A DNA stretch of 64,000 nucleotides from positions 29,110 through 93,109 of the forward strand of contig QHWT01000072.1 of assembly GCA_003222675.1 (NCBI GenBank), in the 5' to 3' direction. Each line of letters starts with the position of its first letter. Position 1 is the first letter of the stretch. Below, piece by piece: positions 47,290 through 57,688 of the stretch. The DNA is from Acidobacteriota bacterium. GTDB taxonomy: Bacteria; Acidobacteriota; Vicinamibacteria; Vicinamibacterales; 2-12-FULL-66-21. The position numbers were made by a program, and so were the translations under genes. A model generated the notes under the pieces. The model saw only the letters and a program-made list of their open reading frames with translations. It had not been told where the DNA came from and did not search any database.

Positions 47290-47450
47290 GACGTACTCAC
47301 GCGGAATTCGCGGAGGTCGCAGAGAACTGTTGTGCCGTCTTCCATGAAGCTCCGTCGAAAGAGAGCTGCAAAGTACGCAACCATTGAGTACTTATGACGA
47401 AGGCGCTCTGCGACCTCCGTGAAGTCGTACGTGAGGCAGCCCGAATTCGC
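47290..47450. repeat. imperfect palindrome in the hutH-purA divergent intergenic region
   Basis: There is a 14-bp perfect inverted repeat, CGGAGGTCGCAGAG (47311-47324) with CTCTGCGACCTCCG (47406-47419). The flanking CACGGACGTACTCACGCGGA and CGTACGTGAGGCAG resemble the CCACGTACG-CTCACGCAGAG word of the 2657 and 36427 elements. Confidence 0.55.
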
Positions 47451-47479
47451 CTGTAGAATACTTCGGGACTTCTAAACAT

Positions 47480-48784
<1,305 letters not shown>

Positions 48785-48920
48785 GGCTCAGGCTTCGGGC
48801 GTCAGGCTTCAGGCTTCGGGGCTTCAGGCCCCGGATTTCCACGTTGCCGCATTCGCGGCTCCGTTTCGCGCGAAGCGCGACCAGACGCCTGGAGTCCGAA
48901 GCCTGAAGCCTGCAGCCGGC
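48785..48920. repeat. second copy of the GGCTTCAGGC/GCCTGAAGCC palindromic REP family between convergent genes
   Basis: The left arm GGGCTCAGGCTTCGGGCGTCAGGCTTCAGGCTTCGGGGCTTCAGGCC faces the right arm GGAGTCCGAAGCCTGAAGCCTGCAGCC. Confidence 0.7.
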
Positions 48921-49619
48921 TTACGACTTATTGCGTTCGCAGAAGTTCTCGAGCGCGGCCGAGTCTCCGTCGGTGAACTCGACGCCGGCCCGATACTGCG
49001 GACCCTTCGCGGGTCCTTTCGGCAGCTCGAACTTCGCCCACGCGATCGCGCCGCGGAAGCGCATCACGAACTCTTCGAACGGCAGGCTGATGCGGACCTT
49101 CTGGTTCGGCCGCAGGACCGTGGAGGAGACCACTTGCGCGCCGACCGTCGATAGATCGACGACCATTGCGGGGTTGCCATCGAGCTGCATCTCGACGCCG
49201 GAACGGACGCGGGTCCGCGCGGCCCGGCGCGTGCCATGCCAGTCGAGTGGACGCGGCGTGTCTTCGGTTGCGACCGGCGCCTGCGATGCATGTGACGACG
49301 AGGCCGCATGCGCAACCGGCGCGGCTTCGACGAGCGACGGCTTGACCACCTGGCGGCTGTAGTCGCCGGTGTGTGACATCACGCGCACTTCGCAGATCGA
49401 GAGCTGCGGATCACTTTTGATGCGGTTGATGAGCGCCGCACCGCGCGGCGTGGCCGCGAAGAGGCGCTCGAGGACGATCAGGCGAGGACGATGCTCGATG
49501 ATCGCCTGGAGGGCTTGGATCGGTTCCGTGTCGGCGAACGTGAGAAGATCGCCGTCGACGCGCTCTTTCAGCGCGGGCATGAGATTCTGCGCAGCTATGA
49601 CCAACGCCGCCGTGGGCAT
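48921..49619 (-). CDS. PilZ-domain protein with receiver-like N-terminal domain
   Basis: This is the ORF 48921..50123 trimmed to MPTAALVIAAQ at 49619. The PilZ motifs are TRRAARTRV and DLSTVGAQV. Confidence 0.7.
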   Translation of the reverse strand: MPTAALVIAAQNLMPALKERVDGDLLTFADTEPIQALQAIIEHRPRLIVLERLFAATPRGAALINRIKSDPQLSICEVRVMSHTGDYSRQVVKPSLVEAAPVAHAASSSHASQAPVATEDTPRPLDWHGTRRAARTRVRSGVEMQLDGNPAMVVDLSTVGAQVVSSTVLRPNQKVRISLPFEEFVMRFRGAIAWAKFELPKGPAKGPQYRAGVEFTDGDSAALENFCERNKS

Positions 49620-49634
49620 CCGCCTCAGTCTAGC

Positions 49635-50886
49635 ATGAGCTTCGACGCCGACGTCATCGTCGCGGGCGCCGGTCCCGCCGGCGCCACGGCGGCGCGGCGC
49701 CTCGCGCATGCGGGCATGCGCGTGCTCATCGTCGAGCGCTTCGCGCTGCCGCGGCAGAAACCGTGCGGCGGTGGCATCAGCACCCGCGTGTTCGCGCGCT
49801 TTCCATATCTGCAGGCGGCGCTGGCGCGCATCCCGCACCTTCCGGTGTCCAGTCTGTATCTCGAAGGTCCGTCGGGTGACGTCTTCCGCATGCGATCGAA
49901 CGGTCCTGCCGTCGTCCTCATCCGACGCATCGAATTCGATCACCTGCTGGCGAAGCTGGCGATCGAGGCTGGCGCCGAACTCGTTGCGCCCGCCGCTGTC
50001 GCGCAGGCGCAACAGGATGCCGACAGCGTCATGCTGAAGCTGCGCGACGGACGCCGCTTGCGCGCGCCCATCGTGATTGCGGCCGACGGCCGGATGGCCC
50101 GCGGCCCATCTTGCGCTCGACATGATGGAGGAAACGCCGGTCGCCAGCCTGCAGACGTCTGAGCCGGAGACGCTCTGGGTTTTTTACGGCTATGGCGGCG
50201 CGCATGGCTATGCGTACGTGTTTCCGAAGCGCGAGCACGTCAACGTCGGGATCGGATACCTGTTGCCGTACTTCCGCGAACAGGTAGACGAGGCGCCGTA
50301 CGCGCTGCAGCAGCGGTTCGTATCGGAGCTGCGGGCGCGAGGCTTGATGGACGGCGAGTCGCGGCGCGAACACTTCACGCCGTTTCTGATTCCGGTCGGC
50401 GGTCCGCTGCGGCAGACGGCGCGCGGGCGCGTGCTGCTGGCCGGCGATGCCGGCGGATTCGTCAACGGCTTCTCGGCGGAAGGGATCTACTACGCGATGG
50501 TGACCGGCGATCTTGCCGCGCGCGCCGTGCTGGGATCACGTGCGGGCGGAGCCGTTTTCCCCGCTCGCACGTGCCGCGCCTACGTGCGCGCGTGGAAGCG
50601 GGAGATCGGCGGGGAGCTGCGCGACTCTGTCCTCATCCAGCGCTATCTCTTTCACAGCGCGCCGAGGATGGACATGGTGGTGCGCGGCGCGAACGCACGG
50701 CCGGAATTTTCGCGGCTGCTCGTCGACTACGCGAGCGGCCGTTTGTCGTACCGCGCCGCGCGGCGCCGTCTCCTCTGGCACTTTCCGCGACTGCTCCCGC
50801 GGTTGACGTGGGTCGCGCTGCGCGGCGCGCGCCGCTATAATTCATCGGCCACTCCCGTGGCCGATTCACCGATGCAGCATGGCTGA
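49635..50886 (+). pseudogene. geranylgeranyl-reductase-family FAD oxidoreductase, split by an internal deletion with frameshift near 50090
   Basis: The first frame reads MSFDADVIVAGAGPAGATAARRLA...RAPIVIAADG. The second frame resumes GWPAAHLALDMMEETP...GYAYVFPKREHVNVGIGY...LLAGDAGGFVNGFSAEGIYYAM. The usual stretch of about 13 aa after ADG (xNSxxAxxLGL) is missing. Confidence 0.7.
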
Positions 50887-51220
50887 TTTACGTACACCCG
50901 CACTCCAGGGCTGGCAGCGCGCCAACGTCCTGGCGGCCGCCAACTACATGCGCGAGCAGATCGCGCGGACGCCTGAGGACGCGAGGTTGGTCGCCGTGTA
51001 TGAAGGACTGCTGGACCTCCTCGATCCGGCGCGTGTAGTTGCGCGGCGGCAGCGCGAACAGGCCAGCGCGGCGCGGCAGGCGGCGTCGGCACTGAAAGCC
51101 GAACGCCGGCGGACCGAGCGCCGCGCGGCCGATCGGCGCAAGGCGGATCTCGGCCCGCCGGGCGCCGAGCGACGCACCGGACCCGATCGTCGCAGCGGCA
51201 GGGATCGCCGCGGCCGTTGA
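50879..51220 (+). CDS. hypothetical small basic protein with C-terminal RR/DRR repeats
   Basis: A 113-aa ORF with good third-position GC. It shows ...AERRRTERRAADRRKADLGPPGAERRTGPDRRSGRDRRGR and overlaps both neighbours by a few nt. Confidence 0.45.
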   Translation: MADLRTPALQGWQRANVLAAANYMREQIARTPEDARLVAVYEGLLDLLDPARVVARRQREQASAARQAASALKAERRRTERRAADRRKADLGPPGAERRTGPDRRSGRDRRGR

Positions 51221-51966
51221 CGCCCCACGCGGTGCTGTTCGATCTGGACGACACCCTCTTCGATCACCATCGTTCCGCCCGGGCCGCGCTCGCCGGCGTC
51301 CACGCGGCATTCGCGAGCAGCGCCTCGTTCGACGAGTTCGAGCGCCATCACATTCACTTCCTGGAGGAAATGCACATCGAAGTGCTCGCGGGCCGCGTCG
51401 CGCTGGACGACGCACGGCGGGAACGGTTCCGGCGCGTGTTCGCGGCGCTTGGCCTGGCGATCGACGAGCGCACGACCGACGCCGTGGCCTGCGCGTACCG
51501 CGATGGCTACATGACCGCGCGTCGTGCGACCGAGGGCGCCGCTGCACTGCTCGCCGAGCTCAGGCCTCACGCTCGCGTCGCAATCGTGACGAACAACCTG
51601 CTCGACGAGCAGCAGGACAAGTTGGAGTACTGCGGCCTCGCGTCATTCGTGGACGCGCTCGTCGCCTCCGAGGACGTCGGCGTTTCGAAACCCGACCCGG
51701 CGATCTTCCAGATCGCGCTCGACCGGATAGGCGCCTCGACCGAGCATGCCGTGATGATGGGAGACTCGTGGCAGGCGGATATTGCAGGCGCGCACGCCGC
51801 GGGCATTCGCGCTGTATGGTTCAATCCGCAGCGGCTGCCGCGACCATTACCGCACTACGAGGCCGACGAGATTCACAGCCTCGTACCGGCCGCAGGAGTC
51901 GCGGCGCGACTGCTGCGGCTGTTGAACGCCGGACCTCGGGCCTCGAACCTCGAACCTCGATCGTGA
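51217..51966 (+). CDS. HAD-superfamily hydrolase
   Basis: A 249-aa ORF with the motif I sequence VLFDLDDTLFDH, plus VTNN and GDSWQADIAGA. The C-terminal tail NAGPRASNLEPRS is encoded by a CCTCGAACCTCGAACCTCGA simple repeat. Confidence 0.8.
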   Translation: MTPHAVLFDLDDTLFDHHRSARAALAGVHAAFASSASFDEFERHHIHFLEEMHIEVLAGRVALDDARRERFRRVFAALGLAIDERTTDAVACAYRDGYMTARRATEGAAALLAELRPHARVAIVTNNLLDEQQDKLEYCGLASFVDALVASEDVGVSKPDPAIFQIALDRIGASTEHAVMMGDSWQADIAGAHAAGIRAVWFNPQRLPRPLPHYEADEIHSLVPAAGVAARLLRLLNAGPRASNLEPRS

Positions 51967-52853
51967 TCAGGATCGGCATCGATCTCGGCGGCACGAAGAT
52001 CGAAGCGATCGCGCTCGATCGTGACGGCCGCGAACTGTTTCGCCGTCGCACGGTCACTCCGCGCGAGGACTATGACGCGACCGTTCGGGCTGTCGTTGAC
52101 CTCGTGCACGACGTCGAGCGCGCCACGGGTGCAACGGGCAGCGTGGGCGTGGGAATGCCTGGTGCGATCTCTCCCGCGACGGGCCTCATCAAGAACGCCA
52201 ACTCGACGTGGCTGATCGGACGTTCCCTCGACGTGGATCTCTCGCGCGTCCTCGGCCGACCCGTCCGGCTCGCCAACGATGCAAACTGTCTCGTGTTGTC
52301 GGAAGCCAGCGACGGCGCGGCCGCGGGTGCTGACGTCGTGTTCGGCGTCATCCTCGGAACCGGCACCGGCGGCGCAATCGTTGCGCACGGACGCCTTATC
52401 ACCGGCGCGAACGCGATTGCAGGGGAGTGGGGACACAATGCGCTGCCGTGGCCAGAAGCTGACGAGTCTCCAGGACCTGCGTGTTACTGCGGGCTGCACG
52501 GTTGCATTGAGACGTTCCTGTCTGGAACGGGTCTTCAGCGCGCGTATGGAGCGGGGGCGCCAGACGCCGCGATCATCGCGTCAGAGGCCGACGCCGGTGA
52601 TGCGCGAGCGGCCCGCGCGATTGACCTGTATGCCAGCCGCCTCGCGCGCGCGCTCGCGAGCGTGATCAACATCGTCGATCCCGACGTCGTGGTGCTCGCC
52701 GGTGGCTTGTCGAATATCACCGAATTGTACACACGGGTGCCTGCCGTATGGCATCGATGGATTTTTTCGGACCGCGTCGATACGCGTCTCGTGCGCGCAC
52801 GCCACGGCGATTCGAGCGGCGTACGCGGCGCCGCATGGCTGTGGGAAAAATGA
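51963..52853 (+). CDS. ROK-family sugar kinase (NagK/Mak-like)
   Basis: This is the ORF 51768..52853 trimmed to the GTG at 51963 (VIRIGIDLGGTKIE...). It shows LANDANC, GTGTGGAIV, GEWGHN, the zinc motif CYCGLHGCIE, and ARHGDSSGVRGAA. Confidence 0.8.
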   Translation: MIRIGIDLGGTKIEAIALDRDGRELFRRRTVTPREDYDATVRAVVDLVHDVERATGATGSVGVGMPGAISPATGLIKNANSTWLIGRSLDVDLSRVLGRPVRLANDANCLVLSEASDGAAAGADVVFGVILGTGTGGAIVAHGRLITGANAIAGEWGHNALPWPEADESPGPACYCGLHGCIETFLSGTGLQRAYGAGAPDAAIIASEADAGDARAARAIDLYASRLARALASVINIVDPDVVVLAGGLSNITELYTRVPAVWHRWIFSDRVDTRLVRARHGDSSGVRGAAWLWEK

Positions 52854-52865
52854 ATTCAGCTTACG

Positions 52866-52974
52866 AGTTGTGGCTCAGGGCTCACGCTGGTTCAAGGCCT
52901 TCGAATCATGGCTGAGGCCTTGAGCCGACGGAGCCTTGCGCCTTCATGAGCCGAGACATAAGTCATGAGCCACA
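52866..52974. repeat. TGAGCC/GGCTCA-word palindromic REP element
   Basis: TGTGGCTCA (52870-52878) and TGAGCCACA (52966-52974) bound a stretch rich in GGCTCAGGG, GGCTGAGG, CCTTGAGCC and TCATGAGCC. Confidence 0.55.
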
Positions 52975-53319
52975 TCAATTCGCAGAGGTCGCGCGGTCGA
53001 GCTCGGTCGCGGTGATGCGGAAATGCGACGCGTTCCAGATGACCCTTCCGTCTCGCAGAAGGAGCGCCTGGGGCGTCTCGTGACGCACACCGAGACGCTG
53101 AGCCGCGGCATCGGAGACAGGGCGATGGGTCTGGACCGTGATGATCTTGTAAGCGGTCTGACCGGCCGCTGCCCCAATGTGCGCGTGGAGCTCGTCGAGT
53201 GCTTCGCAGCTCACGCCGCAATAACGGCTGTGTTTGAACAGCAGTACGAGGCGCTCGCTCGATTCCGCGATCGCCGCCTCGAGGTCGGTGACATTGGCCA
53301 GTGGGGTCAGTTGTGACAT
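52975..53319 (-). CDS. ytxJ: bacillithiol-system redox-active protein YtxJ (monothiol thioredoxin-like)
   Basis: A 114-aa ORF with LVLLFKHSRYCGVS (a single active-site Cys), RLGVRHETPQALLLRDGRVIWNASH. Confidence 0.8.
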   Translation of the reverse strand: MSQLTPLANVTDLEAAIAESSERLVLLFKHSRYCGVSCEALDELHAHIGAAAGQTAYKIITVQTHRPVSDAAAQRLGVRHETPQALLLRDGRVIWNASHFRITATELDRATSAN

Positions 53320-53501
53320 TGCGATTGAACAATTGTAGCAACGCCGAGGAAAGTGGTCGAGCAGGGCAGTTTGATGATCTCGATCTGAACCGCAATCGAC
53401 GAGCGAAAAACTGACAAATGAAGGCCGAAAACCTCAGCCGAGCACCCCGACAACCCGGCACGGATAACGAACAACCAGGGAACCGTCAACCGGTAACCGC
53501 G

Positions 53502-53807
53502 TCAGCCCGGCGCTTGATGCGACCGCGTGTGAAAGCCCGCTGCCTCGAGGTGACGGTGGATGTCGGCGACGGCCGTCAACACCTCGACCGGCAATGGCAC
53601 CGGGGTATGCGTCGTCATGCGGTCGACGTTGTACATCCGGAAGCGGATCCCTTCGAGGTGAAACGCCGCAATCGCACGGGCGAGGTTCTCGGCCTCTTCC
53701 ATCATAAGTGTCAGGTGCTCGTGCCGCGGGAGCGCCCGGCCCACCGCAATCAGATCATTGACGCGGCGTTCTGCTGCGAGTCGGTGTTCCGTAGCCATAA
53801 CGGCCAT
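53502..53807 (-). CDS. hypothetical protein
   Basis: A 101-aa ORF with coding-like third-position GC. I recognise no motif. Confidence 0.5.
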   Translation of the reverse strand: MAVMATEHRLAAERRVNDLIAVGRALPRHEHLTLMMEEAENLARAIAAFHLEGIRFRMYNVDRMTTHTPVPLPVEVLTAVADIHRHLEAAGFHTRSHQAPG

Positions 53808-53816
53808 AATTGTAGA

Positions 53817-54176
53817 ATGCGGGTCAATCTCGACAACCCGTCACGTCCGCTGGTGTGTGTCGACCTGAATGGCGTGCTCGATGCTTACACCGGCTGGAAA
53901 GATCCCGACCACTGGGATCCTCCCCGGCCCGGCGCGCGCGCCTTTCTCGAAGCGCTCCACGCCCAAGGCTTCGACATCGTCGTCTTCACGACCCGGCATC
54001 CGGCGGGGGTGCGACGCTGGCTGCGGGAGCACAATTTTCACGATCTCGTGACCGCCGTTACGCGACGAAAGCCGCCGGCGCACGTGTTCATCGATGATCG
54101 CGCGATTTGCTTCCAGGGAGACTTCGACCAGGCGTTGAAGCAGGTGATCGGCTTCAAGGCGCACTGGGAGCCGTGA
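53817..54176 (+). CDS. small HAD-like / 5'-nucleotidase-like hypothetical protein
   Basis: This is the ORF 53418..54176 trimmed to the ATG at 53817. Translation gives MRVNLDNPSRPLVCVDLNGVLDAYTGW...GFDIVVFTTR...HVFIDDRAICF. Confidence 0.55.
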   Translation: MRVNLDNPSRPLVCVDLNGVLDAYTGWKDPDHWDPPRPGARAFLEALHAQGFDIVVFTTRHPAGVRRWLREHNFHDLVTAVTRRKPPAHVFIDDRAICFQGDFDQALKQVIGFKAHWEP

Positions 54177-55920
54177 GGGCGGAGACGTAATGGGCACGCG
54201 CGCGGACGAACCCTTCCCCTTCGTCGGTGCAGGCGAGCGTCTCTGCTGCAACCGCCGTATAGCCGGCGCGGAATGCCGTATACGCGAGGGTGTAGAACGG
54301 CAGCGCGTGCCGCGCTCGTCGATCGCCAGAGGCTCGCTCGTACTCAGCGAGCATCGCTGCCGAATCCTTGTCGTGCAGTCGCATTTCCACGGCGGCGCCG
54401 GCGAGATCCCACGCTGCGCTTTGAGGCCCTGGAAAAAAATGATCGCGATGGTGGTCGAGCGCGTCGACTTTCACGAGTCCCCCGCCCGTTCGAATCCACT
54501 CGTGCGCGAGCATACGGCCGTCGATGAATCCGGCAGGAAGATCACGAGGCACGTTTCGGCACACGCGGCGGATGCGATCCGCTGAGGACACGTCGATCAA
54601 GTGGCGCACGTTCGTATCGATCATGTGCTCCAACGTTGACGTATCTGCCGGAGCACTCGCTGGAAAGGCGCGAGCGATCGTGCCGATGTAGCGGCCGACC
54701 TCGGTCGCATCCATCTCGTCACGACACGCCGTCAGCGGGTGTCCGGGCACCAACGGCAGCTCCAGAAACCCATGCTGCAGCCGGCCGGGACGCGGGCCCA
54801 GCCCGAGATCGTGGAGTCGCTCCGCTCGATCGCGCGCGGCCTCACCGTACCGCCCGAGTCCCGCGAAACGGAGCAGGCGCTGCTCGGAGGGGACGGCCAC
54901 CTTCCATCGCTCGTGTTGCGGCTGGACCGCCGGCCACACGTGACGATTGCACAGGAACGTGGACCGCCATGCACCCGCGGAGAGTTCGACGACGGGTGCT
55001 GCCGGGCTGAAGAGTGCTTCGGGCGTGACGCCCGCGTCGCGGGCGTCGGTGCACCAGCGCGTATGCATGCGCCATGTCCCTTGCGCGGCGTCGGACTTCA
55101 GCCGCTCCGGTCCGGGATCCCAGCTCGGAAAGAGGACGATCCGATCCGCGGAAACGCCGAGCGCGCCAATCGCGTGCGCGACAGACGAGAACGACGATCC
55201 GCTCAATCCCGGACCCTCGTCCACGACCGCGAAAACCGCGCCACGTGCCGCCTCAGCACGCCATGCGGCTTCAACGTCGTCGGCGAGCGCGAGCCGCCGT
55301 TCGAACGGATGCCCCTGCGGACGCACCGTGCACGACCAGGTCTCGCACCCGCGCGCGCGCAGGACTTCCACGACGATCGCGGAGAGACTCGTGCCGATAC
55401 TGCGAATGCCGATGACCGTCGCGCGTGGCGGATGCGAGGCGTTCCAGAATCGCCTGGCGCTCGCCGCGTATGTTTCCGGAAACAGCGCGTAATACGCGAA
55501 GCCCTCCGATACGCGCACCGGGACGGTGTCTGGCAGCGTATAGCGACTCACACGCTCCAGAACCTGAGAGAGAATGGATGCCGGCTCTTCCCCTTCCGAC
55601 ATCCGTCCTCCGTTCTCCGACAACCATCTTTCTTCCTTCGATACCCGATCACCGTTCTCCGTCAACCGATACCAAATGTGCGCGGCTGCCAGCGTCGCGT
55701 TTCGCATTTCCGACGCCAGTGGATCGAGAGTTTCACGGCCGGGCGAGATGGCGTCGGTGATGCCGGCCTCGAGTTCCGCGACGTCGACGAATAACGAGAG
55801 CGCCGCGTCAGGTTCAATGGGATCCGCAGCCGCCGCGAGAGTGACCAGCGCCAGCGCGTCGCGCGTATTGATCCGGCGGTCGTCTTCGCGGTAGATCAGC
55901 AACAGGGGGCCCGCATCCAA
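54154..55920 (-). CDS. large hypothetical protein with a PRTase-like central region and a kinase-like (APH-fold) C-terminal region
   Basis: A 588-aa uninterrupted ORF. It shows ATVIGIRSIGTSLSAIVV...AVFAVVDEGPGLSGSSF (PRTase-like) and DALDHHRDHFFPGPQSAAWDLAG (kinase catalytic-loop-like). Confidence 0.65.
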   Translation of the reverse strand: MDAGPLLLIYREDDRRINTRDALALVTLAAAADPIEPDAALSLFVDVAELEAGITDAISPGRETLDPLASEMRNATLAAAHIWYRLTENGDRVSKEERWLSENGGRMSEGEEPASILSQVLERVSRYTLPDTVPVRVSEGFAYYALFPETYAASARRFWNASHPPRATVIGIRSIGTSLSAIVVEVLRARGCETWSCTVRPQGHPFERRLALADDVEAAWRAEAARGAVFAVVDEGPGLSGSSFSSVAHAIGALGVSADRIVLFPSWDPGPERLKSDAAQGTWRMHTRWCTDARDAGVTPEALFSPAAPVVELSAGAWRSTFLCNRHVWPAVQPQHERWKVAVPSEQRLLRFAGLGRYGEAARDRAERLHDLGLGPRPGRLQHGFLELPLVPGHPLTACRDEMDATEVGRYIGTIARAFPASAPADTSTLEHMIDTNVRHLIDVSSADRIRRVCRNVPRDLPAGFIDGRMLAHEWIRTGGGLVKVDALDHHRDHFFPGPQSAAWDLAGAAVEMRLHDKDSAAMLAEYERASGDRRARHALPFYTLAYTAFRAGYTAVAAETLACTDEGEGFVRARAHYVSALTAPSAP

Positions 55921-55949
55921 AAAGCGCGCCGTGCTGATACATTGAGGAC

Positions 55950-56705
55950 ATGAGCGAACACGGAGTGGACGCGGACGACGCCCCGCGCGGACGCGCGCGG
56001 CTCGAGCCGCCGGACCTGAGCGAAAAAGGCGGCCTGAAGGGCGGAGTGCCGCAGCGGTCTGACGAGCGGCTATTCATGCAGCTTCTCGCGTTCGGTGGCT
56101 GCGCGGACAGCGGCGCGGCCGCGCGTTACCTGCAGCAGGCGGGCATCGAGGGCGTCATATATGAAGACGTCAACGATCCGCGCGGCATCGCCATCGTCAC
56201 GCTCACGGTTGCCCCTGAAGAGTTCGTGACACGCGTCCGTCCCGCGCTCACGAGCGGGCCCTTCGCCTCGCTGACGTTCAAGCCCGACTACACGATGCTC
56301 GGCCGCACGTATTCGCTCGGCTACGAGCCGGATTTGCGTGACGCGTTGATCGATCGGCCACGACGCACCGTCTTGAATCCGGCATGGCCCTGGGGCATCT
56401 GGTACCCGTTGCGGCGGAACGGCCGCTTCGCGCAATTGCCTGCGGACGAGCAGCGCACGATCCTTGCGGAACACGGGTCGATTGGGATGACGTTCGGTGC
56501 GGCGGATTACGTGCACGACATCCGCCTCGCATGTCACGGGCTGGATCGCGACGACAACGACTTCGTCATCGGCCTGATTGGCAAGGACCTCTTCCCGCTC
56601 TCTGCCCTCGTGCAGGCGATGCGCAAAACGCAGCAGACTTCGTTGTATCTCGACCGCCTGGGCCCGTTCTTCGTCGGTCGAGCAATCTGGCAATCGAGTT
56701 CGTAG
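55950..56705 (+). CDS. chlorite dismutase-family protein
   Basis: A 251-aa ORF with LFMQLLAFGG, RGIAIVTL, WGIWYPLRR, LAEHGSIGM and DNDFVIGL. Confidence 0.75.
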   Translation: MSEHGVDADDAPRGRARLEPPDLSEKGGLKGGVPQRSDERLFMQLLAFGGCADSGAAARYLQQAGIEGVIYEDVNDPRGIAIVTLTVAPEEFVTRVRPALTSGPFASLTFKPDYTMLGRTYSLGYEPDLRDALIDRPRRTVLNPAWPWGIWYPLRRNGRFAQLPADEQRTILAEHGSIGMTFGAADYVHDIRLACHGLDRDDNDFVIGLIGKDLFPLSALVQAMRKTQQTSLYLDRLGPFFVGRAIWQSSS

Positions 56706-56718
56706 ACTGAGGACTCAG

Positions 56719-56739
56719 GGCTCATGAGCCATGAGCCCA
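56719..56739 (+). terminator. stem-loop immediately after the chlorite-dismutase-family gene
   Basis: GGGCTCATG-AGC-CATGAGCCC forms a 9-bp perfect stem with a 3-nt loop. There is no U-tract, so its function as an intrinsic terminator is uncertain. Confidence 0.4.
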
Positions 56740-56761
56740 TTTCTTGCTTGGGCGGTGCGAC

Positions 56762-57685
56762 ATGAGCATTCCACAACGCCCCTTCGGCCGTCACGCCGAT
56801 CAGATGGTCTCTGCGCTCGCGCTCGGCGGGTATCACATCGGTGCCATCAGCTCCGTCCGGGAGGCGATCCGGATCATCCAGGCGGCCATCGATCAAGGGA
56901 TCACGTTCCTTGACAACGCCTGGGAATACAACGAGCACGAAAGCGAAGAGCGCATGGGGCGCGCGATCGCGGATCGACGCGAGCGTGTCTTTCTCATGAC
57001 GAAGGTCTGCACGCACGGGCGCGACGCCAGGGTCGCGATGCGGCAGCTCGAAGAATCGCTGAAGCGCCTGCGCACGGACTACCTCGATCTGTGGCAGATC
57101 CACGAGTGCGTCTATTTCAACGAGCCCGATCTCCACTTCGCGCGCGGAGGCGTCGTCGACGCGCTCGAACGCGCGAAACGCGATGGCAAGGTCCGCTACG
57201 TTGGCTTCACCGGCCACAAGCACCCCGAGATTCACCTCCGAATGTTGGCGTTCGGCTATCCGTTCGACAGCTGTCAGCTCCCGCTCAACTGCTTCGACGC
57301 ATCGTTCAACAGCTTCGAGCAGCGCGTGCTGCCCGAACTGCGCCGTCAGCAGATCGCCGCCCTCGGGATGAAGAGCCTGGGCGGAAGGGGCGATGCGGTG
57401 AAGCGTCGCGCCGTGCGGGTCGAAGACGCGCTGCGCTATGCGATGAGCCTTCCTGTGACGACGACCGTCAGCGGGATCGATTCGATGCACGTGTTGAAGC
57501 AGAACGTCCGCATTGCGACGAACTTCAAGCCAATGACGGCGGAACAGATGGCACGCCTCCGCCATCGGCTGGGACCAGTGGCCGCGGACGGGCGGTTCGA
57601 GTTGTATAAGACGTCCGCGTTGCACGACGGGGATGAAGGGCGTTCGCAGCACGGCTTCCCGTCGCCTGAAGCCATGGGCGGATAA
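56762..57685 (+). CDS. aldo/keto reductase
   Basis: This is the ORF 56744..57685 trimmed to the ATG at 56762. It shows LALGGYHIG, FLDNAWEYNEHESEERMG, YLDLWQIHE and VRYVGFTGH. Confidence 0.85.
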   Translation: MSIPQRPFGRHADQMVSALALGGYHIGAISSVREAIRIIQAAIDQGITFLDNAWEYNEHESEERMGRAIADRRERVFLMTKVCTHGRDARVAMRQLEESLKRLRTDYLDLWQIHECVYFNEPDLHFARGGVVDALERAKRDGKVRYVGFTGHKHPEIHLRMLAFGYPFDSCQLPLNCFDASFNSFEQRVLPELRRQQIAALGMKSLGGRGDAVKRRAVRVEDALRYAMSLPVTTTVSGIDSMHVLKQNVRIATNFKPMTAEQMARLRHRLGPVAADGRFELYKTSALHDGDEGRSQHGFPSPEAMGG

Positions 57686-57688
57686 CGC

